From assembly GCA_000320545.1 (NCBI GenBank), contig ADNK01002821.1:7976-71975 (forward strand): a stretch of 64,000 nucleotides of DNA, written 5' to 3'. Positions 24,420 to 39,313 of this stretch are shown here, piece after piece (positions within the stretch are counted from its first letter, which is position 1; every line of letters starts with the position of its first letter). The DNA comes from Bigelowiella natans CCMP2755. Lineage: Eukaryota; Protista; Cercozoa. Below the pieces are notes generated by a model that was not told the origin of the DNA, searched no databases, and saw nothing but the letters and a program-made list of their open reading frames with translations. The translations under genes and the position numbers were made by a program.

Positions 24420-25744
24420 ATGTTGTCGCATATTTGTAATTGGATCGTTTTGGCTGTTCGTATGGTAGTTTTCCCTTGTCGCAGGTATGTTATCGGAAAA
24501 CTCTTTCCGTGCCGAGCTCAAACAAACACCCCCACACTGCCCCACACTGGCAGCTTGCAACAAACCCCTAGCATTGATTCCACGAGACTGGGTGTGAGAG
24601 TCTAGGATACTATTATCGATGCGTCTTATAGATGGAAAGCAAATAGAAAAAGTCGAGACGGGCGCTTCTTCGGAGGGACCACTGAAATCAGTCGAAGAAT
24701 GGCAGGACTACCTCGAGGAGAAATACGCCGAGAGTGAGGTTGATAAATAGAGATGTTCTTTGAGAGAAGATAGGGCTTAACAGAAGTTTAATTCCTTATG
24801 TGATTGCTGCTGGCAGAATGAGAAGTCCGAAAAAGGCAACTGGGCTACTAATGCCGACAAGAAAAAGGAAGAATTTCGTAACTACCAGGACAACCCAAGA
24901 TTTGAACGAGTGCGAAATTTTTACATGGAGAATCATAAAAATCAGGTTGAAAGAGTGATACATTCTAATCTTAATTTTGCATCAAAAGTCAGCATCAAAA
25001 GTCAGCATCCTTGTCATGATTTCTTTCAAATAGACCCACGACTTCGTGTTGAAGATGGAGAAGAAATATTCCAGACTTAACCGGATGAGGATGGGTGTAT
25101 GGGAAGTACTTGAGCTGCTAGATACATATATTGACGACTCCGACCCAGATACAAATCTTTCCCAGCTGATGCACTCTCTCCAAACAGCAGAAGCTGTACG
25201 CAAAAAGTACCCTGGTGAGAAATATGATTGGTATCACCTCACCGGACTGATCCACGATATGGGCAAGTTTCTTGGTGCTGTTTACGGGGAGAAGCAATGG
25301 TGCGTCGTGGGTGACACATTCCCTGTTGGCTGCAGATTTTCCGAAAAAATTGAGTTTTCGAAATTCTTTTCCCTGAATCCAGATTTCTACGACGAGAAGA
25401 TGAAGACGAAGTTGGGCGTTTATAAAAAAAATTGTGGATTGAAGAATGTGCGCATGTCATACGGGCACGATGAGTATCTTTATCAAGTCTGCGTTCAAAA
25501 CAAGACCACTTTGCCGCAGCAAGCTCTTTACATCATTAGATATCATAGCTTCTATCCTTGGCACAAAGAAGGAGAGTACATGTACTTATGTGACGACACA
25601 GACGTGCGGATGCTGAAATGGGTCAAGGATTTCAATCAGTTCGATCTGTACTCGAAAGCAGCTGAAATTCCAAACAAAAAGGAGCTCATCAAGTACTACA
25701 AGGGCTTAATCGACAAATATTTTCCTAAAGTTTTAAATTGGTAG
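24420..25744 (+). CDS. MIOX: myo-inositol oxygenase
   Basis: FRNY..VRNFYMENHKNQ|THDFV..LDTYIDDSDPDTNLSQLMHSLQTAEAVR..DWYHLTGLIHDMGK..QWCVVGDTFPVGC..SYGHDEYLY..IRYHSFYPWH..FNQFDLYSK are MIOX signature motifs. Introns ~24592-24631, 24739-24817, 24946-25033. Start codon uncertain. Confidence 0.95.
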
Positions 25745-26549
25745 TCATTGATTCGTCGTACTTTTGAGCGACAAACTACAATCGTTACAGCAGCTTCGAA
25801 GTCCCAGCTAGTAGCAATACAGAGTCCGTGAGTCCGTGGATCCCTCAAGCTTCATTATGCGCTGCACGTTATTAATGTGCTGCTGGTGTAGTGTAGCGTT
25901 ATGTGCATGAACAGGCTACACACGATCGAGCAAGTAGCGACAGCAAGCATAGTTGGAGATTCTATGCATATACAAGCGTTGTTTATGGCCTATGTCAATG
26001 TGCGCAATCGCAGGATCCAGATATCTTCCAATCTAGCAATCATGCATTACACAGCCCTGAGAATAATGCTTAGGCTGGGCTATACATCGTAATTACAATT
26101 GTGCAAATACGCATATATGGTGCAAATAAAGTACAAGGCTGCATACGCGTCTGGGCGGGAACAACGTTATTGCGCCTAAAGCGGGTGCGCGCCGCATCTC
26201 ATACATAGAGGGAGCGCCTGCGCGAAGCAAGGTGTGCCATGTGCTGCATGCATGCCACAATGTACGGGTACGTGCTAGCGTGTTAGTAGCTACAATTATA
26301 GGTGTACGTACGTACGCTAGCACGATGAAGCAAGATGTATGATGGACAACAAATACTAGAAGTACTAAAACTATAAATGTTGCATGATGCGACATAAAGG
26401 GTAATTCATCGATCGATGCACAACATCGCCTTCTGATGACACTGTACGGTGATTATAATAAGCGAAGCTTTTTGTTCTATACATGAGTAGCATGATTCTT
26501 AATGAAGTGCTTTCTTTCTCAAATTATTTCAATGAACTTCTTACGCCCA

Positions 26550-28200
26550 TCAACGACTAGACTGTGGCAAGATGCGTACAGGACTTAGTTTGTCCAATGG
26601 AATCGAATCTGCAAGAAACTCGGCATATTCTTCCAGAGAAAAGTCGGAGGTAACCACAACCTGAAATGGTCTGGGAAAAAAATTATATTCACACAGGCAA
26701 TGAGCTATAGTAAGTAATTGGAGGGAATTTTATCGTTTACTTTTTCGGTGATTCATTTCTATTTTATATGTTTGAAGTTCAACAACCCTCTAGGCGTGAA
26801 GTTCTGAAATTCATCATAGTCCTCAGGCCTTAAGATTTTCTCCAAGTTCTTTTCCTGTGAAAGCCAGCAACGAATATGTATTATTTGCCATTCGATTACC
26901 GCTCTAGTGAACGCCTGTTATTGACAAACCTCGTCCATCGCTCCAGGTGTCAATACAATATCAGTTGGGAAGGTATCCGCACCGCAGAAATCTTTAATGA
27001 GGTCCTGTAAGATTTTTGTGACATTCAAAGCACTCTCAAAATGGTTTTTATCGATTTCTATGCGACAGTACCGGGGCGGCATCTGCCATATCAATTTGGA
27101 GCAAAGACCCGAATTTAAGAGCACTTACAAGTTTCTATCAGCACAAATTATCTTTTTTCAGAAATGATTTAGCAATTTGGGCTGCGAGAAGTGCTGAACC
27201 TGCCGCATTTCTTCTCTAGCTTCTTCTTTTGTGATACTTTTCTTAACGTAGACTTTTACAATGTATCCTTTCATCTTGTTGAAAAGGATAGTCAGTGATG
27301 AGGCTCGCCATGAAGCAACAGTGCACTTACAAGGAGAGGAACGACGCCTTGATACTCGTTGAAACGGGAATACTTTCGTTCGTGGTCAAGAATCAAAGGA
27401 ACCTTTCCATCTGGAAGAAAAGTAAGGTTACAAACCTGTATGGTATTTAAACCCAAAAGATCTCCAATATACCCTTCGTGTGAACAATGTGGATAAACTC
27501 GTTGATTTCCTTCAGAATACAATGACGGACCCCGTTCTGCAAAAAACACAACAGGCGTTCAGTGATGTTGCACGCCATAACTGCCTTCGTGACAGTTTGT
27601 CGACCTCGTCCTTCGCTCTCTGTACTGCTTTCAGTTCTTCATCTTTTTTCTTTTCTTCTTCCTCCTTTTTTTTCCTGGCTGCCGCTATGGCTAGCTTCCT
27701 CTCCCTGTTCGTCATATTGTTATCCATTATACGACTAAAAGAGTTAAATCTGGGAATTAGTAGTACATTTCTTTTGCCTCATTTTCTTCCTTTGCTTTAA
27801 TTGCCGCTATTTCCGCCTTCCATTGCTTCCACTCATCTGATGTTTTCTCCTCTGAGGTTTTGTTTGAACCAGAATCCTTTGTTTTCGTGGTCCCCCGTTT
27901 GGACGTCAAGTTCTTCGTGGTTCTTAACGAAATCTTCTTCTTTGTTGTTGCGCCCCGCTTAGCTTTAAGTCCAGTTTTAGTTGAAATTTTCTTGGAGGTC
28001 GATGCGCCCGCCTTGGGTTGCTTTGGCCGCTTTAGTTTCTTCAAGGGGGCCTTCGAAGCACCTGCCGATTTCATACCTGGTGCTTTGATTGGTAGGGGAA
28101 ATCTAACCCTACTACCAAACAAAAAATTATAATTGTGGGTTGCTACTAGCGTTTACTTTGGCGACAATATTATTCTTATTGTCGCAGGAGAGAAACCACA
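26550..28200 (-). CDS. Hypothetical multi-exon protein with Lys-rich N-terminal region
   Basis: Chain of minus-strand ORF pieces (28122-27757, 27727-27512, 27549-27292, 27124-26918) separated by short GT-AG introns. No family recognised. Confidence 0.5.
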
Positions 28201-28700
28201 TCCTATCTACGAACGTCAACAATCCTTTGCCGTTTTTTCAGACGTAGTGTTGGTTTTGTAGGAAGATAAGCAACGTTACGCATGTGGAACACAAACAAGC
28301 GCATTCCCAGAAGTTTCTTCAAGACAGCCCGAAATTTTCACTTGAAACTTCCAAAGAACAGACGGAGGTCAACGCATATTTTGCAGTATGATCTAGCACT
28401 CAACAAATCCTGATGCTCCATAAACCTGTGGATCTTCTTCCAACTACAGAAAGTCTAAAATTTGTTCCCGTTTCTTCGTCGCGAACACTCGCGATAACAC
28501 ATGTTGTCGATCCGGGGATCCAAATAGTTCTCTGCGACAACCATTCTGAAAGCAATTTCCGAAATTTGCCTGCTTTTGTACGACCCCGTCGGTGTAAACG
28601 AAGGGATTAGGTCTGAAACATATTTTCCGAGAACTTCATTCCCCCCCACCCAGAACAACTCGGGATTCATGCTGGCAATCTAACAAGCGGGCATTATAAG

Positions 28701-29878
28701 ATGAAATCTTGGTCAGTGATACTGGCTATCATGGTATTCATCACACCAGGAGCCCAGGGAAGGGACAACGATGCTTTCCATGCGATTGTATGCGATGCTG
28801 GATCAACAGGGACTAGGCTCTACGTGTACAAAATACATAGCAATGGTAGCCTGCCCTCACATAATATTTTTATTTATCAGAAACCCGAGTATAAACGTAC
28901 TATTGATGTATCCTTCTTTCACTCAGGTAAACTAGAGTCAGTCACCGGGAAAAAGTCGAAGCCAGGACTGTCCAATGTGCTACCGGAAGGTGGGAAAGGG
29001 TCGTAGAGAGACATTTTAGCTTAATGAATAAAGGACGAGTGAGAAATGGAAACATGGTAAATGGGCGTTGGAAGAGAAAGGATCATGACGAATAGAAGAA
29101 TAGATTGGTGCCCTAAGTACAGCTAAATCAATAAGTTTCTTGTGTTGTTTTTCCTTGGCGGGCTGCTCCCCTTTCCTCAACGCATTGTCTTGCAGATGCC
29201 GCAGAATATCTATTTCCTTTGATAGAAGATGCAAGCAAGAAGATTCCTGAAACAGGTCCAACCACATGAAAAATAAAGCTCGCCATTGACGCCAATCGTT
29301 CGTCGTGGTAGATAATGCGATAGCATTAAACGCGTAGATAATCAATGTAAAGAGTGTCGTTTGTGAGAGCCTGAGTTCTTTGATGTAATCTGATCCGTCC
29401 ATACTTCTGCCCCTACCCCCCCCCTTCCCACTCCCAGCGCATGAGTCCACGCCTATATTCGTAATTGCAACCGCTGGGATGCGACTTCTGCCCGAGAAAA
29501 GCCAGCAGGCAATATACGATAGAGCTGCAAAAGAGGTTGGATAAAATAGACTTGAAAAAAGTGAGAGAGAGGGTGGGGGAGGCGGAGGGAGGCAGATAAA
29601 AAGTAAACGATGATCAACGCTTTGGATGGTAGCAATATGTGGCCACCTCTTTTTCCTCTCTCCCCCCCCCCTCCCCCCTTCTCTCTCTGTGCGCGTGCGT
29701 GCGTGCAACGATCTTCGTGCCTTCTTCTCAGTATCCTTGAAATCTCCTTCTCATAATTGCTTCCTCATATTCAGTTGGTTATTTTGCTCCAAAAGAAGAA
29801 GTTGTCATTCAAAGTAGATCGAAGGAACTTCAAGACTGCATCGGTAACACATACGCCTGCTCATATGCCCTCTCCACA

Positions 29879-29917
<39 letters not shown>

Positions 29918-30854
29918 CATTTGACGTATTTACTCGTTAAATTCAGCCTATAAGCAACCCGCCCTTCCCCCTCACACCTGCAAGAATATGTTATAAGCAC
30001 AGTAGGTGTTAATTATCATATGCATTCACAGGGACTGGAGGAAGGATATTGGGGGTTTCTAGCTGCGAATTTTCTGCAGGTATCATTATAGCAAAGTTGA
30101 TCCAAAAGCCAGGATAACGGCAACAATAACAACAAAAGCAGTAGTTAATAATAATTAATATGTAAGCGCCGCCCGCAGGGTACGAGTTCCAAAGTACAGG
30201 TCAATCTCAAAGGGATATAGGAGATTGGTTGCTTTCAAATTTGTTTGCCAATATTCGCTCACAACAAGACTCTTCTTGGTGTATCGTCGCTTTATTCCTC
30301 TTAGATTTTCGATCTTTCTGTAAGTTTCTTGACACTCGACCACTTTATCTTCTTCTTCTTCTTCTTCGTTGTCTTGACCCCCCCCCCCCCCCCTCCCACG
30401 TTTCCCTCTATGGACTAAAAGGAGAGGATGGGGAAAGAGCTGAGGATACGGGGCGGAAAGCAGCTTGCAGGGGTATTGGATCTTGGAGGGTCATCAACGC
30501 AGGTAGCAGCAAGATCATTCGTGGTAGATGGTGCAAGATGCACGAATGGAGTGATGATAGTGGTGAAGATGAAATTATGATAATGCTGCGGATGATGGAT
30601 CGCGTCCTTGCAGAATATAGAAGGGAAGCTCGCCATTCTCCAGCACTCCATTTTTCTCCCTCCTCCTTCGGCTCTTATCTCCTACTCCTATCTATTGCAC
30701 CCCCCCCCCTCTTCTAGATATCTTTTAAGTGCAGCGGTAGCATCTCCAACGGCAAGAATCACATCGGCGTAAACGACTTATTCGTACACTCCTTTCTAGG
30801 CTATGGCGGCGTTTTGCTCGCAAAAAGTAGACAATATGAAGATTTTATCGATAT

Positions 30855-30891
<37 letters not shown>

Positions 30892-32383
30892 CACAAAATA
30901 TATATAGTCTTCCTCGATTATTGATTATGCAGTCACGTGAGAGTGGCCGAAATTGCATCTATATTTACTGTTCTTGCAAACACTATGCCATCCACATCGC
31001 ACACCAACGATTCTCGATGAGGATCAAGGGTGGAGATTCTTTGATTTTGCTTTCGCCCGCTGCTGCTCCGATAACTCCCAAAGCTGCGGACATTATCCGC
31101 AGATTGCGATTACACACGCTCACACACTTCACTCTCGCTTCTTGTGCCATTTGTATTGATGGAAGGGTTGAGACGCTACATACAAAAGGGTCAAATCCAT
31201 GTGACTTCTTGGATTATGAGCGCAGACTAGCGCCTTCAAATAAAACAACTGTCGGGAGCGGAAACGGGTACGTGAGAACTCTCTGCCCCCCCCCCCCCTG
31301 CCCCCCCTTCTCTATAATATATACGCTACTGCAAACGCTCATTCAAATTAATCGTTCATCCCCCTTCCCCCCCCCTTCTCTGTCCACAGCGCTCAGTGCC
31401 GCAGCCTAATACGGGAGAATCTCATCAACAAGCGAACATGCGACGAGCCTCCTTGCTTCTTCGCAAACGTGCACAACCCTGCAGTACAGTCTAGAAACGA
31501 CGACGCTGCTGCTGCTGCTGGTGCTGGTGGGGGTGGGGGTGGTGTGTGCGGGCAATTCGTTGCTATATCCCTCTACTATTACGCAATCGATTGCCTCCGC
31601 AGCGTCTCGGAAAATATCCTTCAGCACGCGCATCGGGGTGACGTGGACGGGCTCCTTCACAGATGGCCAACCCCCACTCTCAAAGACATAACAAAAGCAG
31701 CGGTAAGTAAGTAGCAGCGCACAAACTGCTCTCTAGTTTCAGGGTTTTAAATAGGAGCGTGATCCTTGTAGGGAAGGTGGGCGTCGATACATGCAGAAAT
31801 TGCGTAAGGAATCCGAGGTTGAGAGTGTCCTTCCATCCCTCTCCCCCCCCCCCCCCCCCCACCCTTCACCTAGGATGTATTCTGCCAGAGCGAATGGGAG
31901 AAAGTCGCCACGTGGTACACCGCAGACACAAATCAACCTCACAGCAGCGCCATCATACCATTCGAAACCCCCGCTCAGGATAGATAGCCAATGTCTGCTT
32001 AAAATGCTCTCCTGCAGGAGTGTTGATCGCTTTCGCATGCGGGGCTTTTTTTATATTTTTTGAACAGCACATTACTAACATTTCGCGTTGTTATTAGGAA
32101 ACATGCAGAAACGCCGTCAAAGGAGGCTTGGTCAGGACGGTGCTTCGAGGTGAATTACATCATCTCCATCCTTCACAACGGATACGGCATCAACGATACG
32201 GCAAGGAGCGTGACCTTCTTGCGCGACATCAAAGGTCCTTCACACCAAACTAAAGCAGCGATTGTCATGAGTGACGATCCGAGATTTAGCACTGCAAGCA
32301 TCTGCTCGTTGTCGTGGTTGAATGCGGCTGTTTTGAAAATGATTAGCAGAGATATTATAATTCTCGCATGATGCCCCATCATC

Positions 32384-32441
<58 letters not shown>

Positions 32442-33160
32442 CATTGCTAGCAATAGCAGCGTCAACACTCACCAAGCGTCTCACCTCACCACCATCAAAT
32501 CAATCCAACCACAAGGCTCCGAAGTGGAATGGACGCTGGGCGCTTTCCTCCAGGTTTTTAAGCTCTCGAATGCAACCTCACGCTACTACATAAATCATAA
32601 ACAGCACTTTCGGCGAATCGCCAAATGACCCCACGACAGCTTTCTTGCAAACTGATTCACAATGCACGCAAACTGATACCGTGCAGAAGCGCCTTGAGCT
32701 CTCCGAGGCAAAGAAGTCGGGCAAAGATGATGCCGGGGACGGTCCTAAGGTGGAGGGAGGCGGCGATCTCACATACCCTGCCACCTCGCTCACACCCGCG
32801 GATCCTTTCATCTCGGCGGCAAGGTGAGGAGGGTGGGGGTGGGGAGGGAAAATGGGTGAATTGCCAGTAATTCCTCTCCGGATGGACGAAATCTCTCTGA
32901 AGGCACTTTCAATGGATTTTATACATATTATTAACGACAACGACAACAAGTCACCGACCCCCCCCCCCCCCCAACCCGCCCCTCTCAGCTTGGACTTCAT
33001 TCCGTCGGTGCTGCTCATCGCTGTGCTCTTGACAGTGCCCTTACTCCTGATTTACTTGAAGGGCCAAAACAAATCTCTCACAGAACTGGTAGATCTATCT
33101 GCACACACAAAACAACGTGATCTGGGACTAGGGCAGGAGCAGAGAATTGCGTTTGATTGA
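28701..33160 (+). CDS. GDA1/CD39 family nucleoside phosphatase (apyrase/NTPDase) with signal peptide and C-terminal TM helix
   Basis: All five apyrase conserved regions are present: DAGSTGTRLYVY (28794), ATAGMR (29467), GLEEGYWGFLAANFL (30032), GVLDLGGSSTQ (30470), EWTLGAFL (32527). N-terminal MKSWSVILAIMVFITPGAQG and C-terminal LLIAVLLTVPLLLIYL. Confidence 0.93.
32377..32437. repeat. (CAT)n microsatellite in apyrase intron (representative of many intronic SSRs)
   Basis: Direct reading. Similar (CA)n, (GA)n, (AT)n, (GAA)n, (CTA)n and poly-C tracts occur throughout long-gene introns. Confidence 0.95.
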
Positions 33161-34502
33161 GAATAAGAAAACCATATACACCCCAGAGCTGTAAGCACGC
33201 GCAGTTGTCATTCCCCCCCTTCGTTGATTTTCCGGTACTTCATTGATCTCCGACAATACTACTCACAGATGTCCAAAGTGATCCAATGCGACTGCATAAA
33301 AGTACCTGTCAGCCCAAGCAACTTAGCCTCCCCGCCGGCTACTGCCAATGGGGGAAAAAGACTTGTGCCTGTTACGAAGATTTCGCTGGAAAAGTAGTGG
33401 TGTTGGTGAAAAAAGGGGTTGGCAAGACGACAGCAGGGCGCAGCAGAGAGCTTGCAGCGGACCATGCGAGCGCCTCGCTAATTCTAAGCACATCTAGATA
33501 AACCCATAATAAATCTATGCGTGCATATAATGATAGACATGTAATACAATATAATTATTTATATATAGTATTACTGTGTCTATTATTATTATACGAAAAG
33601 ATGATCATCAAATGCACAAAATGGCGGCGAACGATGCAGGAGCGCGCGCATGTATGCATATATATGCATGCATGCAACACATGTATGCGGCGTTATGTCG
33701 TTGTTGTAGTCTCGCCATCACTCGCAGTTACATGCTATCATGGCTATCTGGTTGTGGCTAGCGAGCTGTGCGCGCACGCTAGCTTTATCGCCTAATAAAT
33801 TTGCACATTTATCTGTATGCGTCTGGACGTACGCTTTGTGTCGTTCGCCCAGAATGTAATAATAATTGTTGCTGCGCGTGCAAGCCCTTATGAAAGTATG
33901 AAGAAGCCTATCTAGCTAGGTAGCACGCACGCTCACATAGCTTGCTAGATAACTAGATAGATAGATAGTTGTGCGCCGTGCTGTCAGTGCACGCCGCGAC
34001 GTACCATACTAGCATAGCGTGGTGCTAGCGCTGTGAGGTGAACGTACGTGCGCACGTGCACACAGGATCTAATTCCATGTAATCTTAATCGCACAAGAAG
34101 AAGAATCGCGAGTACAACAAACAACAGTGTACCGCAGTCGTCATGTTGAGAAGAATTTAAGTTGTTTGCGAGCATGCACTACGCCGTAGATGCATGCCGA
34201 ATGATCATGAGGATATGGGATCTTAGCATTCTTCATTTGAGCTATAAAATTTGGACGAGATTCCCAGAGAATCGAGAAGAGAATCCGGAGATCGAATTTC
34301 TACAAGTTGTATAGGAGGCAACACTGGTGCCGCCATTCTCGCGGGGATCTGGCCTACTCACATGCAAACATCCAACCAGTATCATCATCATACACCGTAG
34401 TATCATCATCATCATCATCATTATCATCATCATCATCCTGCTCGCACATCTGTCTTCTACGTGGAAGATATTTTTCTTCAATTGGCAAACTCAAAGCTCA
34501 CG

Positions 34503-36836
34503 CTACTGGCGACCACACGAATACTTCCCAACTTCAATGAGGGCTCGCAAGAAAGCAAAAAGGGCAGCAGCAGCAGCAGCTGCAGCTACAACACCGTTGC
34601 GAACACGGTTGCTTGCACGTGGTAAAGTGGCAAAGGGGGGGGGGGGGGGGGGGGGCAAGTGACCTTTCAGAGTGAGCGGAGGCATTGGAACCTTCTTGCA
34701 CTCAGGAGAAGCGTCCTCTTTGATGTAGTTTTCCAGCATGCATCGTAACACCTATCCGAAGCAAGAGAAGGCATTTATGAATTGAATGGATGCAGCGGAG
34801 AACGTGCAGGAAATGTGGGACCGAGGTGTTGATGCCGAACACATCACAACAAAACACGCGCCGCTGTGCCCGAGCGCGCTTTGAATACCTCATTGAAGTC
34901 CCATTCCTTTATTCTCTTATTTGTCTTAGCCTGTTATCAGTGACAATGATGATGGTGATGGTGCTGTGATGAAGATGGAACGATTGTGATATCGATTGAA
35001 ACATACACACAGGTACGTATCTGCTGCCTTAGCAGAACGGCATTCCCACCTTCGATAACGCAACGAAGTTGGTGTAGCGCCTCTCAGATATATCCCGGCA
35101 AATCGAGTAGACATGGAACTAGACAGTTATAGGAAACAGCGAAAAGGGGAGGGGAGCAGGTAGGTTTCAGGGCAATTTTGAATGCAATCGCTATTGTAAG
35201 AATTTGGAGGTGAAATTCGGTCGTTCTGGCGACGTCATAATGTGTGAATAGCGAGCCAAGTTTCGCGTAAATCCACGCTGTACCTTGCTCTTTGTTTCCT
35301 GCGAGATGTAGGTGAATTTATTCAGTATCTTCGCCCTCTCGAAGTTTGCCCTTTCCACGGATCTGACAGTAGATTGGGAGGAATACGAAGGCCACACATG
35401 TGTGATTTCGTTAGTCGCATTTGCATGCAAGTTGTTCAGGCTTATTGTCGGAGTCGTTTTTCAAGTGTTTCTTTTCTTCTTTTTCCTTTTCTTCTTCTTC
35501 TTCTTCTTCTTCTTCTTCTTCTTCTTTTTCTGCTATCGTTCTTATCGCGATGAGGCATCAACCCTGCTGCAAGCCTGTAGTTGGTGAAACAGATCTTTTC
35601 GTCCTGAGCCATCTTCGACTGGACGCCATAATAAAAAATCAAGATGATGATGGTAGCATGATTGTGTGATGATTGTGGTTATTTGGCTGACGTTTCCGCA
35701 ACTGGCCAAAGTAAATAATGTTGGCGAGAAACCGATTCGGTTTGAAGATGATGCTCATAGCTATTGTTAGCTTTCTAATTATTTGTAGTCGCAACATCCC
35801 AGTGGCTTGGAAGTGACAAGGAGGAGGAGGAGGAGGATGAGTGCGGTTATTGACGAAATCGTTCGGCATCTTCTACATTTACACATTGGCGTCAAGAGGA
35901 AACAAAGGGCTATTTTATCGCGGTGTGCTCATCGTTCATCTAACCGAGACGTTGCTGCACTTTGCTTCTAGCTCCTGATATATGTATGGCAATTGGACAA
36001 GTAAGACCCGATACATCTTAGCCTGCATGTGTGTGTGTAAAGCTAGAGGAAACAGAGCTGGACAGAACGCCAGGAAACGGAAGGAGCATCGTCGTTCAGG
36101 CGGATATATGCGTTATCGAATTGATGGATTGCCCCTCTCGTCCCCCACCTTGTATGCTTCATAGTCTTTCCGAAACACAGATGCCATTTGGCGCATCTTC
36201 TCCATCGCTTGGTACTTGCAGTGGGAACCCTGTGAAAACAGCAAAAGCGAACGATAGCGTTGTCAAGTGTTCCCCGAACTTGCAGCATTGCACCAGCCGT
36301 CGGTTGTCACCTCTTCCGTGTTGTAGTTGCAGCTCTGAAGTATACCTGAAATCGTTTCGATCATCATATTCATATTGAGGAGAACGCCAACAGCAGTGAA
36401 CACGAAGGTGTCTATGCATTTTACAGCTTCTCCATATCGAGGGAGAGGGAGAGAGACGGGGGGGGGGAGGGTGGAGGGAGGGGGGGGGGGGAATGTTGCT
36501 TCCACCACTTTCAACGTATAGCAGGAAAAAGGACTAATTCTTTCCCCGTTCCATTGGGAAATAAACAGATCTAATATCCCCCCCCCCCCCCCTCGTATCA
36601 TACGAGTCTTACACATTATTTCATGCCCAAACCTGATTGTGGGCATGGGACAACGGAAACCGATTTTCTCCGAGCTTCGCAGCATATCGAGTGGTTGGCT
36701 GCCTGAAGAGTGCATGATGAAATCGTTTGTGGAGAGAAGAAAATTGCGCTCACACTGAGCCGTGGTGAGTAGCAAATATTCCGATGAATTACTAACAGTA
36801 TCCTCTGTACTCTCGCTCACACACAGAAGTGTAGGG

Positions 36837-36871
<35 letters not shown>

Positions 36872-37466
36872 TTCCTATTTCCCTCTCTCTCTCTGTGTCT
36901 GTCTTTCTGTCTTCTTCTTCTTCTTCTGTATCATTCGTAATCGCGTGTTGGTAGATCGTCGGCGTACATGCAGAGCTTGCAGGTTGTGGGAGCAATCCGC
37001 ATAGAAGTTGCAAGCCCCCGTCGCATCTCTCACGGAGTCCCTGTGGTGTAGGAGGTCCTGAGTAGCGCATATCGACCAACATCAATTAACACTGTCTTCC
37101 TAGCAGGCAATACGGCGAATCACACGCACGCCTACAGATGCTCTGGTCGCATGTCGATTCCTACCTCGTGCAAGCTGCTGGTGACTGTGCGGAATGTTGT
37201 TTTCAGGAATTCGGAGAACTCGCTGTCGCACTCTATTATCTGTGCAGTGGCGTTGTAGAGAGAACAAAGATGGCGTTCAGGAATGGCTGGTTCAGCGTGA
37301 TTTAACACTCTTAACATCGTGGCATCGTAAGGACTTGCTCCGTCATAATATGGCAATGAGCATGCACACACACATATCCATCACACACACGCAAGCACAC
37401 TCTCCACTCTTAAAAACAGGATAGCTACGCTCTATATACTTAAGAAGATACATATATAAATATAAA

Positions 37467-37508
<42 letters not shown>

Positions 37509-38526
37509 CAAATCCATTCATCTTACATGCTCGAAAAGCTGGTTGATAGTATTCACGTCACGATGAAGTGCTTTTAGTATGAGTTTCTAATAGCAACAAG
37601 GGTGGGTTTTCAGTTAAAATCGGAGGGGAAAGTGTCTTTTACAACTAATTTAAATAATAATTTACTATTCAGCGGTACTCTGGATATAAATATCAGTGCC
37701 AGTAAACTAGGGGTTGATTGTCTAGAACCCAATTCGATGATTTCGGTCTCCCTGCTTTTCAGGTTTTAGCCCATTTCACTAAACACTACACCGCTCACTG
37801 CTGCAGGTGCTAATGCTGCTGCTGCTTAATTACCTCCGACTTCTCCAAGAGGATATGCCGCAACTCATGAGCAATCAGCGTAAAATCGTCTCTCCCATCC
37901 TTTTCCTCGGCGAGATTGCCGTGCTATTCGAATGATGGGAAATTGTACCACAGCCACACTCAACTCAAGTATACTATCAATCGAGATGTTAGCTTTTCAT
38001 CCGACATAAACTTAACTTAATGTTGTGATGGTGCAACTACCTTATCCCCACCCTCAGGGACCGCGGCGTTTTCGGGGTTATGGTGAGTTTTCCTCTCCTT
38101 TCCATGGGTCGCCAGTAACTTTATAATGATTTGATGGTAGATATCCGGCGGGATCAGTGTTTGTTCGTATATTTTATGGGGAAAGAGGAGAAAGAGGAGG
38201 GGAAAAAGAGTAGGCTAAACTCTCAAATGACTCGACTGTAGTATCTTATCAATAATAGAGTACATTTGTACCTCTAATATCTGATGTTGGATGTTTCCAG
38301 CCCCTGATTCCATATTATTGACCTCATTGCTCCCCATCTCCTTCTTAAGATTTGCCTTGTCATTGGATATTGATGCTTCAGCAGCTAGTGTCTCTATACT
38401 CTTTTCCGCCGATAATGACTTGATTGGGTTTCGAGTCTTCTCTTGAATTGCCGATGCTTGCGAGAATAGGCTTACTAAAAAGAATGCTGATATACAAAGG
38501 AGAGAGGGGGAGGAGCAGGTGATCAT
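34503..38526 (-). CDS. Hypothetical secreted/ER-targeted multi-exon protein
   Basis: Signal-peptide-like start MITCSSPSLLCISAFFLVSLFSQASA and many exon-like segments (37371-37165, 36790-36610, 36410-36345, 36230-36150, 35400-35200) separated by microsatellite-rich introns. Family unknown and 3' end approximate. Confidence 0.5.
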
Positions 38527-39313
38527 GCTAAAACTCAAATAATCGTCGTACAGTATTTATATAAGGAGCGGAAATTCGACTTCGTGCATACCCGCTTGCA
38601 GTGTGAACTGTCCATTCTTCAGCCCCATCTTCACTTAGCTTGATTGCCAGTGCCCAAGTATGGCCGTGGTTCTTTCCCAATTCTTAGAAGGACCGCAACC
38701 TGAGGTTTTCCTTCTAATGTCGGCCGTTCGGGGGGTGAGGATTCAAAAAATTTGGAGGACGACGAAATTTTAAATTTAAAAAATGTCGTGTTAGAGGAGA
38801 GTGACTGCATAATTCGCATGTCGCAACCAAGGAACAACATGCATTCATCGACATAATCGTTAAACTGCCTGCGACAATTTTTTATCGTGTCGCATGGTCA
38901 CGCTCTCAATATAATCTGCCAATACTTTACGATGGGAGCATTTTCGGAAAAACATTATTTTGTTCGAGATTTATCGTTCACTAAATCTCCTGGTTGGCGA
39001 TGTTAGAGAGTCGAAACGCAGCTTCCGGTGCACGATTTCGGTACATAACATTGGGAACATATCATGAAAAATTGACCTAATTTTGGCCTTGACTGGAGTG
39101 TCAAAAGCCCGTGCACGCAACTCAACTTCCATGCGTCAATTCGTTTGGGAATTACATAAAGTATTGGTATTTCTGGATAACGACAACTTTTAAGAATATG
39201 TCGCAGTTGAATATTTCAAGGATTTCTTGCCTTGATGAAACTCGGCCACGTCTGAATTTACAAGCCGAAGCGACCACCCCCACACCGGAAAGAAGCAAAC
39301 AGAAGCAGCAAAA

